DNA of 64,000 nucleotides, from the NCBI GenBank assembly GCA_013626165.1, contig NDHX01000004.1:64565-128564 (forward strand), given 5' to 3'. The notes under the pieces were generated by a model that did no database searches, was not told the DNA's origin, and saw only the letters and a program-made list of their open reading frames with translations. Numbering within the stretch: position 1 is the stretch's first letter; the number at the start of each line of letters is the position of its first letter. The position numbers and the translations under genes are program-made. Shown piece by piece: positions 21,678 to 31,460 of the stretch. The stretch is from Candidatus Velesiimonas alkalicola. Its GTDB lineage: Bacteria; Omnitrophota; Gorgyraeia; Velesiimonadales; Velesiimonadaceae.

Positions 21678-22156
21678 AAAAACTTGCGCATCTTTTTTCA
21701 ACAGTATTTTTTGCAGGATATATTCCGTTTGCTCCCGGAACTTTTGCAAGTTTAATAGGACTTTTATTTGTATATACTCTGTCAAATATCTCTGTTTTAG
21801 TCTACTTTATCATAGGTTTATTTATATTTTTTATAGGTTTTCTTTCAATAGACTTGTCTTTAAAAGATTTAAAAACAGATGACCCAAAGCAGATTGTTAT
21901 AGATGAGGTAATGGGAATATACATAACATTTTTTGCGGTTAAGAAAACATTGCCTATACTTTGTATCGGATTTTTACTTTTTAGATTTTTTGATATAACA
22001 AAGGTGTTTTATATTAAAAAATTACAAAAAATTCAAGGCACAATGGGTATAATAATTGATGATATAGTATCGGGTTTGCTTGCAAACATAATTCTTAATA
22101 TCATAAGTATTGACCTTTGTATAAATGATAAATGGGGTCAACTCTATTTTCTCTAA
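21674..22156 (+). CDS. pgpA: phosphatidylglycerophosphatase A
   Basis: PgpA-like N-terminus FFAGYIPFAPGTFASL; coupled to pgsA. Confidence 0.75.
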   Translation: MKKLAHLFSTVFFAGYIPFAPGTFASLIGLLFVYTLSNISVLVYFIIGLFIFFIGFLSIDLSLKDLKTDDPKQIVIDEVMGIYITFFAVKKTLPILCIGFLLFRFFDITKVFYIKKLQKIQGTMGIIIDDIVSGLLANIILNIISIDLCINDKWGQLYFL

Positions 22157-22270
22157 AAAACCAATGTAGTATTATTAAAAAAAGAAAATAGAGTTGACCC
22201 CATTTATCCCCCAGTTGCCTGCTCTTATGGAATTATGCAACGGGCTCATAACATTAAAGAAGAGTGTGCT

Positions 22271-23731
22271 ATGTCAAAAGAATGGACAGGGACTATTGAA
22301 AGAATAGATGAATACAGATGGCGTATTCCAAAGACATACAAATCTAAGATGCGTGTTGATGGCATAATATATGCAAATGAACATCTTATAGGACAGATTA
22401 AGAAAGATTTTGCACCTGAACAGGTTGCAAATGTTGCAACACTGCCGGGGATAGTAAAAGCATCACTTGCCATGCCAGATATACACTGGGGGTATGGTTT
22501 TGCCATAGGAGGAGTTGCCGCTACCGACCCTTCTGAAGAGGGTGTGGTATCCCCCGGAGGCGTGGGCTACGATATAAACTGCGGCGTGCGGCTTGTCAGA
22601 ACAGATTTAAAGGTAGAAGATATCAAACCTAAATTAAAAGAGCTCACTTTAAGTCTTTATCATAAAATCCCTGCTGGTGTGGGTTCAAGCGGCAATATCA
22701 GGGTCACATCACAGGAAGAAAAAAAGATACTTTTAAAAGGCGCAAGGTGGGCCATTGAACAGGGTTACGGGATAGAACAGGACCTTGAATGTACAGAAGA
22801 AAAAGGACAGATGCAGGGTGCGGACCCGGGTGCGGTTTCAGAAAGAGCATATGAAAGAGGAAAAAAACAGTCCGGCACACTTGGCTCAGGCAACCATTTT
22901 ATTGAAGTGCAGGAAGTAGAAGAAATATATGATGAGCAAAAAGCGTTCACCTTTGGCATATTCAAAGGGCAGGCAGTTGTAATGATACACTCAGGTTCAA
23001 GGGGACTTGGGCACCAGATATGTGAGGACTATGTCCGAAAACTTATGCCCTGCCTTTCTAAATACAACATATATATTCCTGACAGGCAACTGGTATGTGC
23101 TCCTGTCCAATCACCCGAGGGGCTTGAATATCTTTCTGCAATGAAATGTGCCGCAAACTATGCCTGGGGAAACAGGCAGTGTCTTATGCATCTTGTTAGA
23201 ATTACATTTGAAAAATTTTTTAAAACAGGATGGGAAAAATTGGGTATGTATCTCATATATGATATTGCACATAACATAGCAAAGTTTGAAAAACATAATA
23301 TAGATGGGAAAGAAAAAACACTTTGTGTTCATAGAAAAGGCGCAACAAGAGCCTTTCCGTCAGGCCACATAGATGTTCCTCAAAAGTATAAAGATGCAGG
23401 ACAACCGGTTATAATACCGGGGGATATGGGAAGAAACTCATACCTTCTTGCTGGAACTATCGGTGCAATGGAAAATACATTTGGCAGCACCTGTCATGGT
23501 GCAGGAAGGTGCCTTTCAAGAGCAGCCGCAATAAAAATGGCAAAAGGCGTATCTATTGCAAAAGAGTTAGAACAGAAAGGCATATATGTGTTTTCAAGCG
23601 GAAGAGAAACCCTTGCAGAAGAGGCGCCATCTGCATATAAGGATGTTAATGAGGTCGTGGATGTTGCCCACAATGCAGGGATTGCCAAAAAAGTTGCAAG
23701 AATGCGTCCATTGGGTGTGGTAAAAGGATGA
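22271..23731 (+). CDS. rtcB: RNA-splicing ligase RtcB
   Basis: RtcB metal-binding His/Cys motifs (GSGNHF, HNIA, CHGAGR); start moved to ATG 22271 (MSKEWTG). Confidence 0.85.
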   Translation: MSKEWTGTIERIDEYRWRIPKTYKSKMRVDGIIYANEHLIGQIKKDFAPEQVANVATLPGIVKASLAMPDIHWGYGFAIGGVAATDPSEEGVVSPGGVGYDINCGVRLVRTDLKVEDIKPKLKELTLSLYHKIPAGVGSSGNIRVTSQEEKKILLKGARWAIEQGYGIEQDLECTEEKGQMQGADPGAVSERAYERGKKQSGTLGSGNHFIEVQEVEEIYDEQKAFTFGIFKGQAVVMIHSGSRGLGHQICEDYVRKLMPCLSKYNIYIPDRQLVCAPVQSPEGLEYLSAMKCAANYAWGNRQCLMHLVRITFEKFFKTGWEKLGMYLIYDIAHNIAKFEKHNIDGKEKTLCVHRKGATRAFPSGHIDVPQKYKDAGQPVIIPGDMGRNSYLLAGTIGAMENTFGSTCHGAGRCLSRAAAIKMAKGVSIAKELEQKGIYVFSSGRETLAEEAPSAYKDVNEVVDVAHNAGIAKKVARMRPLGVVKG

Positions 23732-24474
23732 AAGCAATTGCAGTTGATACCTCCGGTGCTTTATTGATAGGCTCTGTGTTTGAAGATGATAAAATTATTG
23801 CAGGAATACAGATAAAAGGATTCAAGCATTCACAGAATCTTGTTTCTACGGTCCAAGAACTTTTATCAAGGGTTAAAACTGATATAATAGATATTGATAT
23901 AATATGTATTGGTATAGGGCCTGGTTCATTTACAGGATTAAGGGTAGGAATAAGCACTGTAAAAGGGCTTTCGTTGGTAAAAAATTTCAACATAATACCT
24001 TTGTGCAGTTTAAGCCCTGTTGCTTACAACGCGCTGTATTTTCAAGGAAATATATGGGTTGCAGTAGATGCAAAAAAACAATCTGTATATGTCCGAAAGT
24101 TTTATTCAGGTGGAAAAGGTAAAATAAAAACAATGACTCTTCCAAAACTTTTAAGGGCTGATCATTTTTTAAAGATTTTAAACAAATCTGAACTTATTAT
24201 TGGCGATGCTATTTCTGTATATGGAAAAATTTTTCAGGATATTGCTATGATATGCAAAAATGAAAATCTATGGTATCCAAGTATTACAGGGTTATCAATA
24301 TATGCAATGGAGATGGTAAAAAGAGGCAGGTTTATAAGTTCTGATAAGATTCTTCCCCGCTATCTATTTGCAAAAAACGTGCAGGTAAGACCGCAGAGAG
24401 CATCAGAGCACCAGAATACCAGTGCACCAGTGCTCTATCCTAAAGCACAGCAAGGGATAAAAGAGCGGGGTTAA
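23728..24474 (+). CDS. tsaB: tRNA threonylcarbamoyladenosine biosynthesis protein TsaB (YeaZ)
   Basis: IAVDTSG and GPGSFTGLRVG motifs; the C-terminal ~25 aa is read through a GCACCAGN repeat block and is probably not native. Confidence 0.7.
   Translation: MKAIAVDTSGALLIGSVFEDDKIIAGIQIKGFKHSQNLVSTVQELLSRVKTDIIDIDIICIGIGPGSFTGLRVGISTVKGLSLVKNFNIIPLCSLSPVAYNALYFQGNIWVAVDAKKQSVYVRKFYSGGKGKIKTMTLPKLLRADHFLKILNKSELIIGDAISVYGKIFQDIAMICKNENLWYPSITGLSIYAMEMVKRGRFISSDKILPRYLFAKNVQVRPQRASEHQNTSAPVLYPKAQQGIKERG
24401..24434. repeat. short GCACCAGN repeat block overlapping the tsaB 3' end
   Basis: catcagagcaccagaataccagtgcaccagtgc. Confidence 0.7.
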
Positions 24475-24476
24475 AG

Positions 24477-25136
24477 ATGAACAAAATTGAAAAGATATAT
24501 TTTAGTTTGTTAAAAAAATATGGAAAACCGCAAGGACAGTGGTCATTATGGTGTAAAAGACCAAAAACATTAGAAGAAAAGGAGAGGATAATTATAGAAT
24601 CTATCCTTACACAGAGAGCAAACTGGAACAATGTTCAGATGGCTATTGAAAACCTAAAAAGGGGAAATGTATCTTCTCTTAAAAAAATTCGGATAACAAG
24701 TATGGTAAAAATTGCACTTCTTATAAAACCATCCGGTTTTTATCAACAAAAATCAGAACGGCTTAAAAGAACAGCAGATTTTTTTATCAGCAGGTATAAA
24801 GACATTGAAGAGGCATCAAAAGTGGAGTTATCTATTTTGAGAAAAGAACTTTTATCCTTAAACGGAATTGGAGATGAAACAGCAGATGATATTCTTCTTT
24901 ACGCTCTTGAAAAACCATCCTTTGTTATAGATGAATATACAAGAAGGCTTGTTTTAAAAGAAAAAATAACCGATACAAGGTCATATAAAAATCTTCAGGA
25001 ACTATTCGAGACAAATCTGAAATCAGTGGCGCGGCGGTATCAGGGTTATGAGGGGAAAGAGTATGTGATATACCAGGACTTCCATGCCCTGATTGTAATA
25101 GACGGCAAGGAATCCTTAAAAAATTTCTTGTTATAA
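24477..25136 (+). CDS. HhH-GPD superfamily DNA glycosylase (endonuclease III-like, no Fe-S cluster)
   Basis: Helix-hairpin-helix plus Gly/Asp motif LNGIGDETADDILLYAL. Confidence 0.55.
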   Translation: MNKIEKIYFSLLKKYGKPQGQWSLWCKRPKTLEEKERIIIESILTQRANWNNVQMAIENLKRGNVSSLKKIRITSMVKIALLIKPSGFYQQKSERLKRTADFFISRYKDIEEASKVELSILRKELLSLNGIGDETADDILLYALEKPSFVIDEYTRRLVLKEKITDTRSYKNLQELFETNLKSVARRYQGYEGKEYVIYQDFHALIVIDGKESLKNFLL

Positions 25137-25212
25137 CGAGGAGATAGTATAGAATAGAGATATTCCCCGCCCGACGGCGGGCGGAAACGGATGGTATAAA
25201 AAAGAGACTTGT

Positions 25213-26028
25213 ATGATAAATATTGGAATAGTTGGATGTGGTGCCATAGGAAAAACACTTGCAAAGGAGATTCTCAAAAAATTTTCTTCTATCAATATAT
25301 CCTGCCTGTATGACAAAGATTTGGAAAAGTCTAAAAAACTTCTTGAATTGTTCCCATCCATAAAACCTGAAATTTCAAATAGTATTTCCAATCTTGTTAA
25401 AAAAAGTGATTTTATTATAGAATCTGCAAGCCTTTATTGTGTAAAAGAGATAGCGGATATTTGTTTAAGAGAGAAAAAAGGACTTCTTGTGATGAGCGTG
25501 GGTGCGTTTGTTTTATATCCGGAAATAATTGAATATTTTAAAAAAGCAAACCTTGTGCTTCTTATTCCAAGTGGCGCAATATGCGGGCTTGATGGAATAA
25601 AGGCAGGCTGTTTTGGAAATATCTATTCTGCAACACTTACTACAAAAAAGCCCCCTGAAGGGCTTAAAGGCGCTCCCTATTTGGAAAAGATGAAAATTTC
25701 TCTTGACAACCTTATAGAAAAGAAAATATTATTTAATGGTAGTGTGAGAGAAGCAATACAGGGTTTTCCTGAAAATATAAATGTTGCATCTGTACTAAGT
25801 CTTGCAGCAGGACTAGGACCTGATAAAACAAAGGTTAAGATAGTAGCGGTTCCTGGCTTAAAAAGAAATATACATCAGATAGAAGTTGAAGGAGATTTCG
25901 GAAAGATTTTTACAGTAACAGAAAATATTCCATCAAAGGAAAATCCAAAAACCAGTTTTCTTGCCATACTTTCGGCCCTCTGCTGTCTACAACAGGGATT
26001 GATGGGTACAGTGAAGATTGGAACATAA
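25213..26028 (+). CDS. aspartate dehydrogenase-like NAD(P)-binding protein (NadX-like)
   Basis: N-terminal Rossmann IGIVGCGAIG; length and architecture resemble L-aspartate dehydrogenase. Confidence 0.45.
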   Translation: MINIGIVGCGAIGKTLAKEILKKFSSINISCLYDKDLEKSKKLLELFPSIKPEISNSISNLVKKSDFIIESASLYCVKEIADICLREKKGLLVMSVGAFVLYPEIIEYFKKANLVLLIPSGAICGLDGIKAGCFGNIYSATLTTKKPPEGLKGAPYLEKMKISLDNLIEKKILFNGSVREAIQGFPENINVASVLSLAAGLGPDKTKVKIVAVPGLKRNIHQIEVEGDFGKIFTVTENIPSKENPKTSFLAILSALCCLQQGLMGTVKIGT

Positions 26029-26066
26029 TATAAATAAAACTGGCAACAGGTGACAGGAATAAGAGA

Positions 26067-26097
26067 GGAGGTAGTAGGTAGTAGATAGGAGGTAGGG
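26067..26097. repeat. GTAGGTA-type heptad repeat
   Basis: ggaggtagtaggtagtagataggaggtaggg. Confidence 0.7.
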
Positions 26098-26102
26098 AAA
26101 AA

Positions 26103-26150
26103 TACCCTCCTTTTATAAAAAAAGGGGGGAGGGGGTTATCTTTTAATTTG
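26103..26150 (+). terminator. candidate rho-independent terminator after the nadX-like gene
   Basis: ccctcc-loop-ggaggg hairpin followed by ttatcttttaattt. Confidence 0.35.
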
Positions 26151-26362
26151 GAATTTGGATTTTGGGATTTGATATTCGGGTACCCTGTGGATGTGGTGCT
26201 TATTTGTATCTTTTTGACTCGCCCCTGCCTATCAGCAGACAGGGCTCGGTGAGCGACAGTGTGTGGCGGGGAATCTGGTTCTTGAAAGATTTTAAGATTT
26301 TTTCAACATTTTCAAATTATTATTGAGTATATGTGTTTGAGGTTGAAAGGAGGTGATAGAAG

Positions 26363-26611
26363 ATGGCAGAGAAAGTTCAGAAAGTGGGTATAAAAAGAGA
26401 GTCGGGTTATATGTATTATCTTGATAAAGACGGTGATATTGCGATGGTAAAGATGGCAAGAGCCGGCGAAAGGAAAGGAAGCCCAAAGAAGGTTGAAAAA
26501 ACAGGCATAAAAAAGGAAGAGGGGTACCTTTATTTTATTGATAGGCAGGGTGATATTGCAAGGGCAAAGATGGTAAGAGGTGGGAAAAAAAAGAAGGCAA
26601 AAAAGAGATAG
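26363..26611 (+). CDS. small lysine-rich protein with internal tandem duplication, function unknown
   Basis: Two ~36-aa repeats (GIKRESGYMYYLDKDGDIAMVKMAR / GIKKEEGYLYFIDRQGDIARAKMVR), strong RBS aaggaggtgatagaagATG, basic C-terminus KKKKAKKR. Confidence 0.5.
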   Translation: MAEKVQKVGIKRESGYMYYLDKDGDIAMVKMARAGERKGSPKKVEKTGIKKEEGYLYFIDRQGDIARAKMVRGGKKKKAKKR

Positions 26612-26689
26612 ACCTAAGAGCCCTCAGCGGCAAAAAAGGCTTTCCGATGTTATGCATTGGGAAGCCTTTTTTGTTATAATATTACAGAT

Positions 26690-29212
26690 ATGCAGAACGG
26701 TGATATTGTTATTATTGGTGCAAAACAGCATAACTTAAAAGATATATCTGTTAAGATTCCTAAAAATAAGTTTGTTGTTATAACGGGTGTTTCTGGTTCC
26801 GGAAAATCTTCCCTTGCCTTTGATACTATATATGCAGAAGGACAGAGAAGGTATGCACAGAGTCTTTCTACATATGCCAGACAGTTTATAGAACAGATTG
26901 AAAGACCAAATGTTGATTATATTTCAGGACTTTCTCCTTCTATTGCAATAGAACAGAGAACATCTTTCGGGGGTATCCGTTCAACTGTCGGCACACAATC
27001 CGGTATTTATGATTATGTAAGGCTTCTTTTTGCAAGAATAGGTACCCCTTATTGCCCTGAATGTAAAAAACCTATCACATTTCAAACACATCAGCACATA
27101 CTTGAAAAAATTTTAGAGGATTTTAAAAGTGAGCCCGTGTATGTTCTTTCCCCTGTGATAAGAGGTAGAAAAGGAGAACATGTCGCTTTATTAGAACAAT
27201 TAAGAATGCAGGGTTTTGCAAAGGTATTTGTAGACAGCAGTATAAAAGACCTTACCCCCATTCCAAAAATTGATAAAAAAAAGTTGCATAATATATCTGT
27301 TGTTGTTGACCAACTGACCGTAAATCCCGCATATACTTATATTGTCCAAAGGCTTTCGTCAAGTATTCAAACTGCAATCAGGTTATCAGAAGGACTTGTG
27401 AATATTGCATCCATTTCAGATATAAAAAATCAGACTGCATTCAGCCAGTTAAATGCTTGCCCTGGATGCGGTTTTAGTTTTCCCGAAATAGAGCCCAGAA
27501 CATTCTCATTTAATAGTTCTTATGGTGCCTGCAGAGCCTGTCAGGGGACCGGACTTACAATTGAGGAAGAGGTAAACAATGAACAAATAAAAGAATATAA
27601 GTTTTGTCCTGATTGTAAGGGTGCACGGCTTAAGTCGTCCGCTTTAAATATTTATGTGGGTGGAAAAAATATCAAAGAGATTTGTGAAGTATCGGTTGAA
27701 GAACTGTTAAAAACCCTTTCTCATATACAACTTGATAAAAGAGAGCGTCTGATAGGTTTTCAAATTATAAAAGAGATACAAAAAAGGCTTTCATTTTTGA
27801 AAGATGTGGGGCTGGGGTATCTAACACTGGGAAGAAATGGCACTACACTTGCAGGCGGAGAGGCACAGAGAATAAGGATTGCCTCACAGATAGGCTCCCA
27901 ACTTATAGGGGTTCTCTATATTCTTGATGAACCCAGTATAGGCCTTCACCACAGGGATAATAAGATGCTGTTAACTGCGCTGTCAAATCTAAGGGATATG
28001 GGCAATACTGTAATTGTTGTAGAACATGATGAAGATACAATGAGAAAGGCTGATTTTATTGTTGATTTAGGTTTTGGTGCGGGTATATATGGAGGAAATG
28101 TTGTTGCAACAGGTACGGCTGAACAGATAAAAATGGTTAAAGATTCCTTAACCGGACAGTATCTATCTGGTGCAAAAAAGATACCGATGCCTGAAAAAAG
28201 AAGAAGTTTTGATAAAACTATTACATTATCAGGTGCAACACACAATAATTTAAAGAATATAACCGCAAATTTTCCATTGAGTGTTTTTTGTTGTATAACC
28301 GGTGTATCCGGCAGTGGTAAAAGTTCACTTGTTATGGAAACACTATATCCTGCTGTTTGTCATAAATTAGGCTTAAAAAGAGGCACTGCTGGCAGATACA
28401 AAGAGATAAAAGGTTTTCAAGATATAGACAGGGTTCAAATCATAGACCAGAAACCGATAGGAAAAACACCCCGCTCAAATCCAGCCACATATACAGGACT
28501 TTTTACAGGTGTAAGAAATCTTTTCAGTCAATTGCCGGATTCAAGGGCAGGGGGATTTAAATCCGGGAGGTTTAGTTTTAATGTGAAAGGCGGAAGGTGC
28601 GAAGAATGCACAGGCAAAGGAGTAAAAAGAATTGGTATGCAATTCTTGCCCGATGTATATGTAACCTGTGATACCTGCAGAGGCACAAGATATAATGAAC
28701 AGACACTATGTGTAAGATTTAAGGGACTTTCAATAAGCGATGTATTAAATTTAACCGTTGATGAGGCAATAAATGTATTCTCTGCAATTCCCAGTATAAG
28801 GTTTAAACTTTCTATTTTAAAAAATGTTGGACTTGGATACATCCATCTGGGGCAGGGTGCCGCGACACTTTCAGGAGGAGAGGCGCAGAGACTAAAAATA
28901 TCTGCTGAATTGTCAAGAAAACAGACGGGCAGAACACTTATTATTATGGATGAACCGACCGTAGGGCTTCATTCTTATGATATACAAAGTCTGCTTGATA
29001 TTATAAACAGGCTCGTCTTAATGGGTAATACTGTTATAGTTATAGAGCATAATTTAGATGTGATAAAAGCAGCAGACTATATCATTGATCTTGGACCTGA
29101 ATCAGCAAATAAAGGAGGAAGTATAGTTGTTGAAGGAACACCTGAAGACGTGGTATTATGTAAAAATTCGTATACAGCAAAGGTGTTAAAGATACGGGAT
29201 GTTTTAAAATGA
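26690..29212 (+). CDS. uvrA: excinuclease ABC subunit A (shortened)
   Basis: Two ABC ATPase modules (GVSGSGKSSLAFDT; CITGVSGSGKSSL), LSGGEAQR signatures, zinc-finger cysteines; start set to ATG 26690 (MQNGDIVIIGAKQHNLK). Confidence 0.85.
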   Translation: MQNGDIVIIGAKQHNLKDISVKIPKNKFVVITGVSGSGKSSLAFDTIYAEGQRRYAQSLSTYARQFIEQIERPNVDYISGLSPSIAIEQRTSFGGIRSTVGTQSGIYDYVRLLFARIGTPYCPECKKPITFQTHQHILEKILEDFKSEPVYVLSPVIRGRKGEHVALLEQLRMQGFAKVFVDSSIKDLTPIPKIDKKKLHNISVVVDQLTVNPAYTYIVQRLSSSIQTAIRLSEGLVNIASISDIKNQTAFSQLNACPGCGFSFPEIEPRTFSFNSSYGACRACQGTGLTIEEEVNNEQIKEYKFCPDCKGARLKSSALNIYVGGKNIKEICEVSVEELLKTLSHIQLDKRERLIGFQIIKEIQKRLSFLKDVGLGYLTLGRNGTTLAGGEAQRIRIASQIGSQLIGVLYILDEPSIGLHHRDNKMLLTALSNLRDMGNTVIVVEHDEDTMRKADFIVDLGFGAGIYGGNVVATGTAEQIKMVKDSLTGQYLSGAKKIPMPEKRRSFDKTITLSGATHNNLKNITANFPLSVFCCITGVSGSGKSSLVMETLYPAVCHKLGLKRGTAGRYKEIKGFQDIDRVQIIDQKPIGKTPRSNPATYTGLFTGVRNLFSQLPDSRAGGFKSGRFSFNVKGGRCEECTGKGVKRIGMQFLPDVYVTCDTCRGTRYNEQTLCVRFKGLSISDVLNLTVDEAINVFSAIPSIRFKLSILKNVGLGYIHLGQGAATLSGGEAQRLKISAELSRKQTGRTLIIMDEPTVGLHSYDIQSLLDIINRLVLMGNTVIVIEHNLDVIKAADYIIDLGPESANKGGSIVVEGTPEDVVLCKNSYTAKVLKIRDVLK

Positions 29213-30174
29213 GAAAATTTGTTGATGTTGTAAAGATACACATATTTTCCGGAAAAGGCGGGGATGGGTGTAACAGTAGATACAGAGATAAATATTTAAG
29301 ACAGGGAAAACCTGATGGAGGAGACGGCGGAAAAGGCGGGGATGTTACACTTGTTGCAGATAGAAATGTTCAGACACTTCTTGACTTTCTTTTCCATAGC
29401 CAATACAGTGCAAAGAAGGGCTTAAATGGAGGAAGCAAAAACAAAAAAGGAAAAAACGGAGAGCCTCTGGTATTAAGGGTTCCGCAGGGCACCGTTGTAA
29501 AAGATGTGCAGACAAACGAAATTATAGCAGATATTATAGAAGAAGGGCAAGCCCTTACGGTTGCAGAAGGCGGAAGAGGGGGAACAGGGAACGCAAGGAT
29601 GAGATGTGCAACAAAAGGAGAACAAGGGGTTGAACGGTTTCTTATTCTTGAACTTCACTTAATAGCGGATATAGGAATTATTGGATTTCCAAATGCCGGT
29701 AAATCTTCTCTTATTTCAACATTAAGTAATGCAAAACCGAAGATTGCGGATTTTCCTTTTACTACACTGTCTCCTGTACTTGGGAAAATGGGATTCACAG
29801 ACCATTTGCAATTAACAATAGCAGAGATACCTGGCATTATTGAAGAAGCACACAAAGGAAAGGGATTGGGGCTTGATTTTTTAAGACATGCATTAAGAAC
29901 AAAAATGCTTGTCCACCTTCTTGATATAAGTGATAATCCGTTTGACCACTACTGTATTCTGAACAGAGAAATAAAACACTATGGCAAAGGGTTAGATAAA
30001 ATACCTCAAATAGCGGTTGCAAATAAAATGGATTTACAAAGATCAGAAGAAAATCTTAAAGTATTGAAAAAAAAGATAGCAGATGTTCTTCCAATTTCTT
30101 GTGTTACAGGAGAAGGAATTGAAGAACTGAAAAACAGAATAAAACAAGTCTATGAGAAAAAGATATCTTCATAA
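29209..30174 (+). CDS. obg: GTPase Obg/CgtA
   Basis: Glycine-rich Obg fold GGDGGKGGDV; G1 motif GFPNAGKSS. Confidence 0.85.
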   Translation: MRKFVDVVKIHIFSGKGGDGCNSRYRDKYLRQGKPDGGDGGKGGDVTLVADRNVQTLLDFLFHSQYSAKKGLNGGSKNKKGKNGEPLVLRVPQGTVVKDVQTNEIIADIIEEGQALTVAEGGRGGTGNARMRCATKGEQGVERFLILELHLIADIGIIGFPNAGKSSLISTLSNAKPKIADFPFTTLSPVLGKMGFTDHLQLTIAEIPGIIEEAHKGKGLGLDFLRHALRTKMLVHLLDISDNPFDHYCILNREIKHYGKGLDKIPQIAVANKMDLQRSEENLKVLKKKIADVLPISCVTGEGIEELKNRIKQVYEKKISS

Positions 30175-31276
30175 TATAAAAAGAGTTGTTGTAAAGGTTG
30201 GGACAAGTGTACTTTCACAAGAAGGGACAGGGCTTTCAATAGACTATATTGAAAGATTTGTCCAGCAGATAGTTGATATTAAAAACAATAATAAAGAGGT
30301 TGTGCTTGTTTCATCAGGAGCAATTGCTGCTGGCATGAACACACTGGGTTTTTCAAAAAGGCCGGTGTCTTTACCCGAACTTCAAGCCTGTGCTGCCATA
30401 GGACAGGGAAAAATGATGAAAATGTATGAAGATATATTCAGCAGCAAAAACTTTCATTCTGCACAGGTTCTTATCACAAGAGAGGATTTAAGGTCAAGAC
30501 AGAGATATTTGAATTCCAGAAATACATTATGGACACTGTTAAGGTATAATATCGTTCCTATTGTCAATGAAAATGACACGGTTGCAGTTGATGAGATAAA
30601 GTTTGGAGATAATGATATGCTTTCTTCTCTTGTATCAATACTTGTTGAGGCAGACCTTCTTATAATACTTTCAAATGTGAACGGATTATATACAAAAAAC
30701 CCTGAACAAAAAGATGCACAGAGAATAAATATTATTGAAAGAATAGACGAGAAGATACAGGATTTTGCCAAAGGGACAAAAAGAGCCACAAGCGTCGGGG
30801 GTATGACTACCAAGATTAAGGCCGCAAAGGTTGCAACAAGCGCTGGTATTCCTGTTATTATTGCCAATGGAAGTGAAAAAGATATATTACAAAGGGTTGT
30901 TTCAGCAGCAGATGTCGGAACACTTTTTATTCCTTCACCTGCGTGTGAGGGTTCAAAAAAAAGATGGCTTTTGTTTAGCGCACATCCGGTAGGTTCCGTA
31001 ATTATTGATGATGGAGCAAAAGATGTACTGCTCAAAAAGGGTAAAAGTCTTCTTCCTTCTGGCATATTAAGTGTAGCAGGCAGGTTTGATGCAGGTAGAG
31101 TCGTAAAGATATTAGACAAAAACAATAGCCAGATAGGAATAGGCATTGTTAGTTATTCATCGGATGCAATTGAAAAAATAAAAGGAGCACGAACAGACAG
31201 GATAGAACAAATACTGGGCTGGACATCTGGCGATGAGATTATACACAGGGATAATATGGGAATACTGAGGCCTTAA
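30152..31276 (+). CDS. proB: glutamate 5-kinase (with PUA domain)
   Basis: Amino-acid kinase fold; proBA arrangement. Confidence 0.8.
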   Translation: MRKRYLHNIKRVVVKVGTSVLSQEGTGLSIDYIERFVQQIVDIKNNNKEVVLVSSGAIAAGMNTLGFSKRPVSLPELQACAAIGQGKMMKMYEDIFSSKNFHSAQVLITREDLRSRQRYLNSRNTLWTLLRYNIVPIVNENDTVAVDEIKFGDNDMLSSLVSILVEADLLIILSNVNGLYTKNPEQKDAQRINIIERIDEKIQDFAKGTKRATSVGGMTTKIKAAKVATSAGIPVIIANGSEKDILQRVVSAADVGTLFIPSPACEGSKKRWLLFSAHPVGSVIIDDGAKDVLLKKGKSLLPSGILSVAGRFDAGRVVKILDKNNSQIGIGIVSYSSDAIEKIKGARTDRIEQILGWTSGDEIIHRDNMGILRP

Positions 31277-31460
31277 AATTTCAAACACCAGGCATCACAC
31301 CCAGGGGGTGCCCGAAGATACAAATTTCAAATAAATGTCAAATGACAGATGGCAAATGTCGGATGACAAATGACAAAGTTTGTAATTTAAAATTTGAAAA
31401 TTGATTATTGTTTGGAAATTCGGGCACTCTTTGGGTGTGGAATTTGTAACAGGGGTGGAT

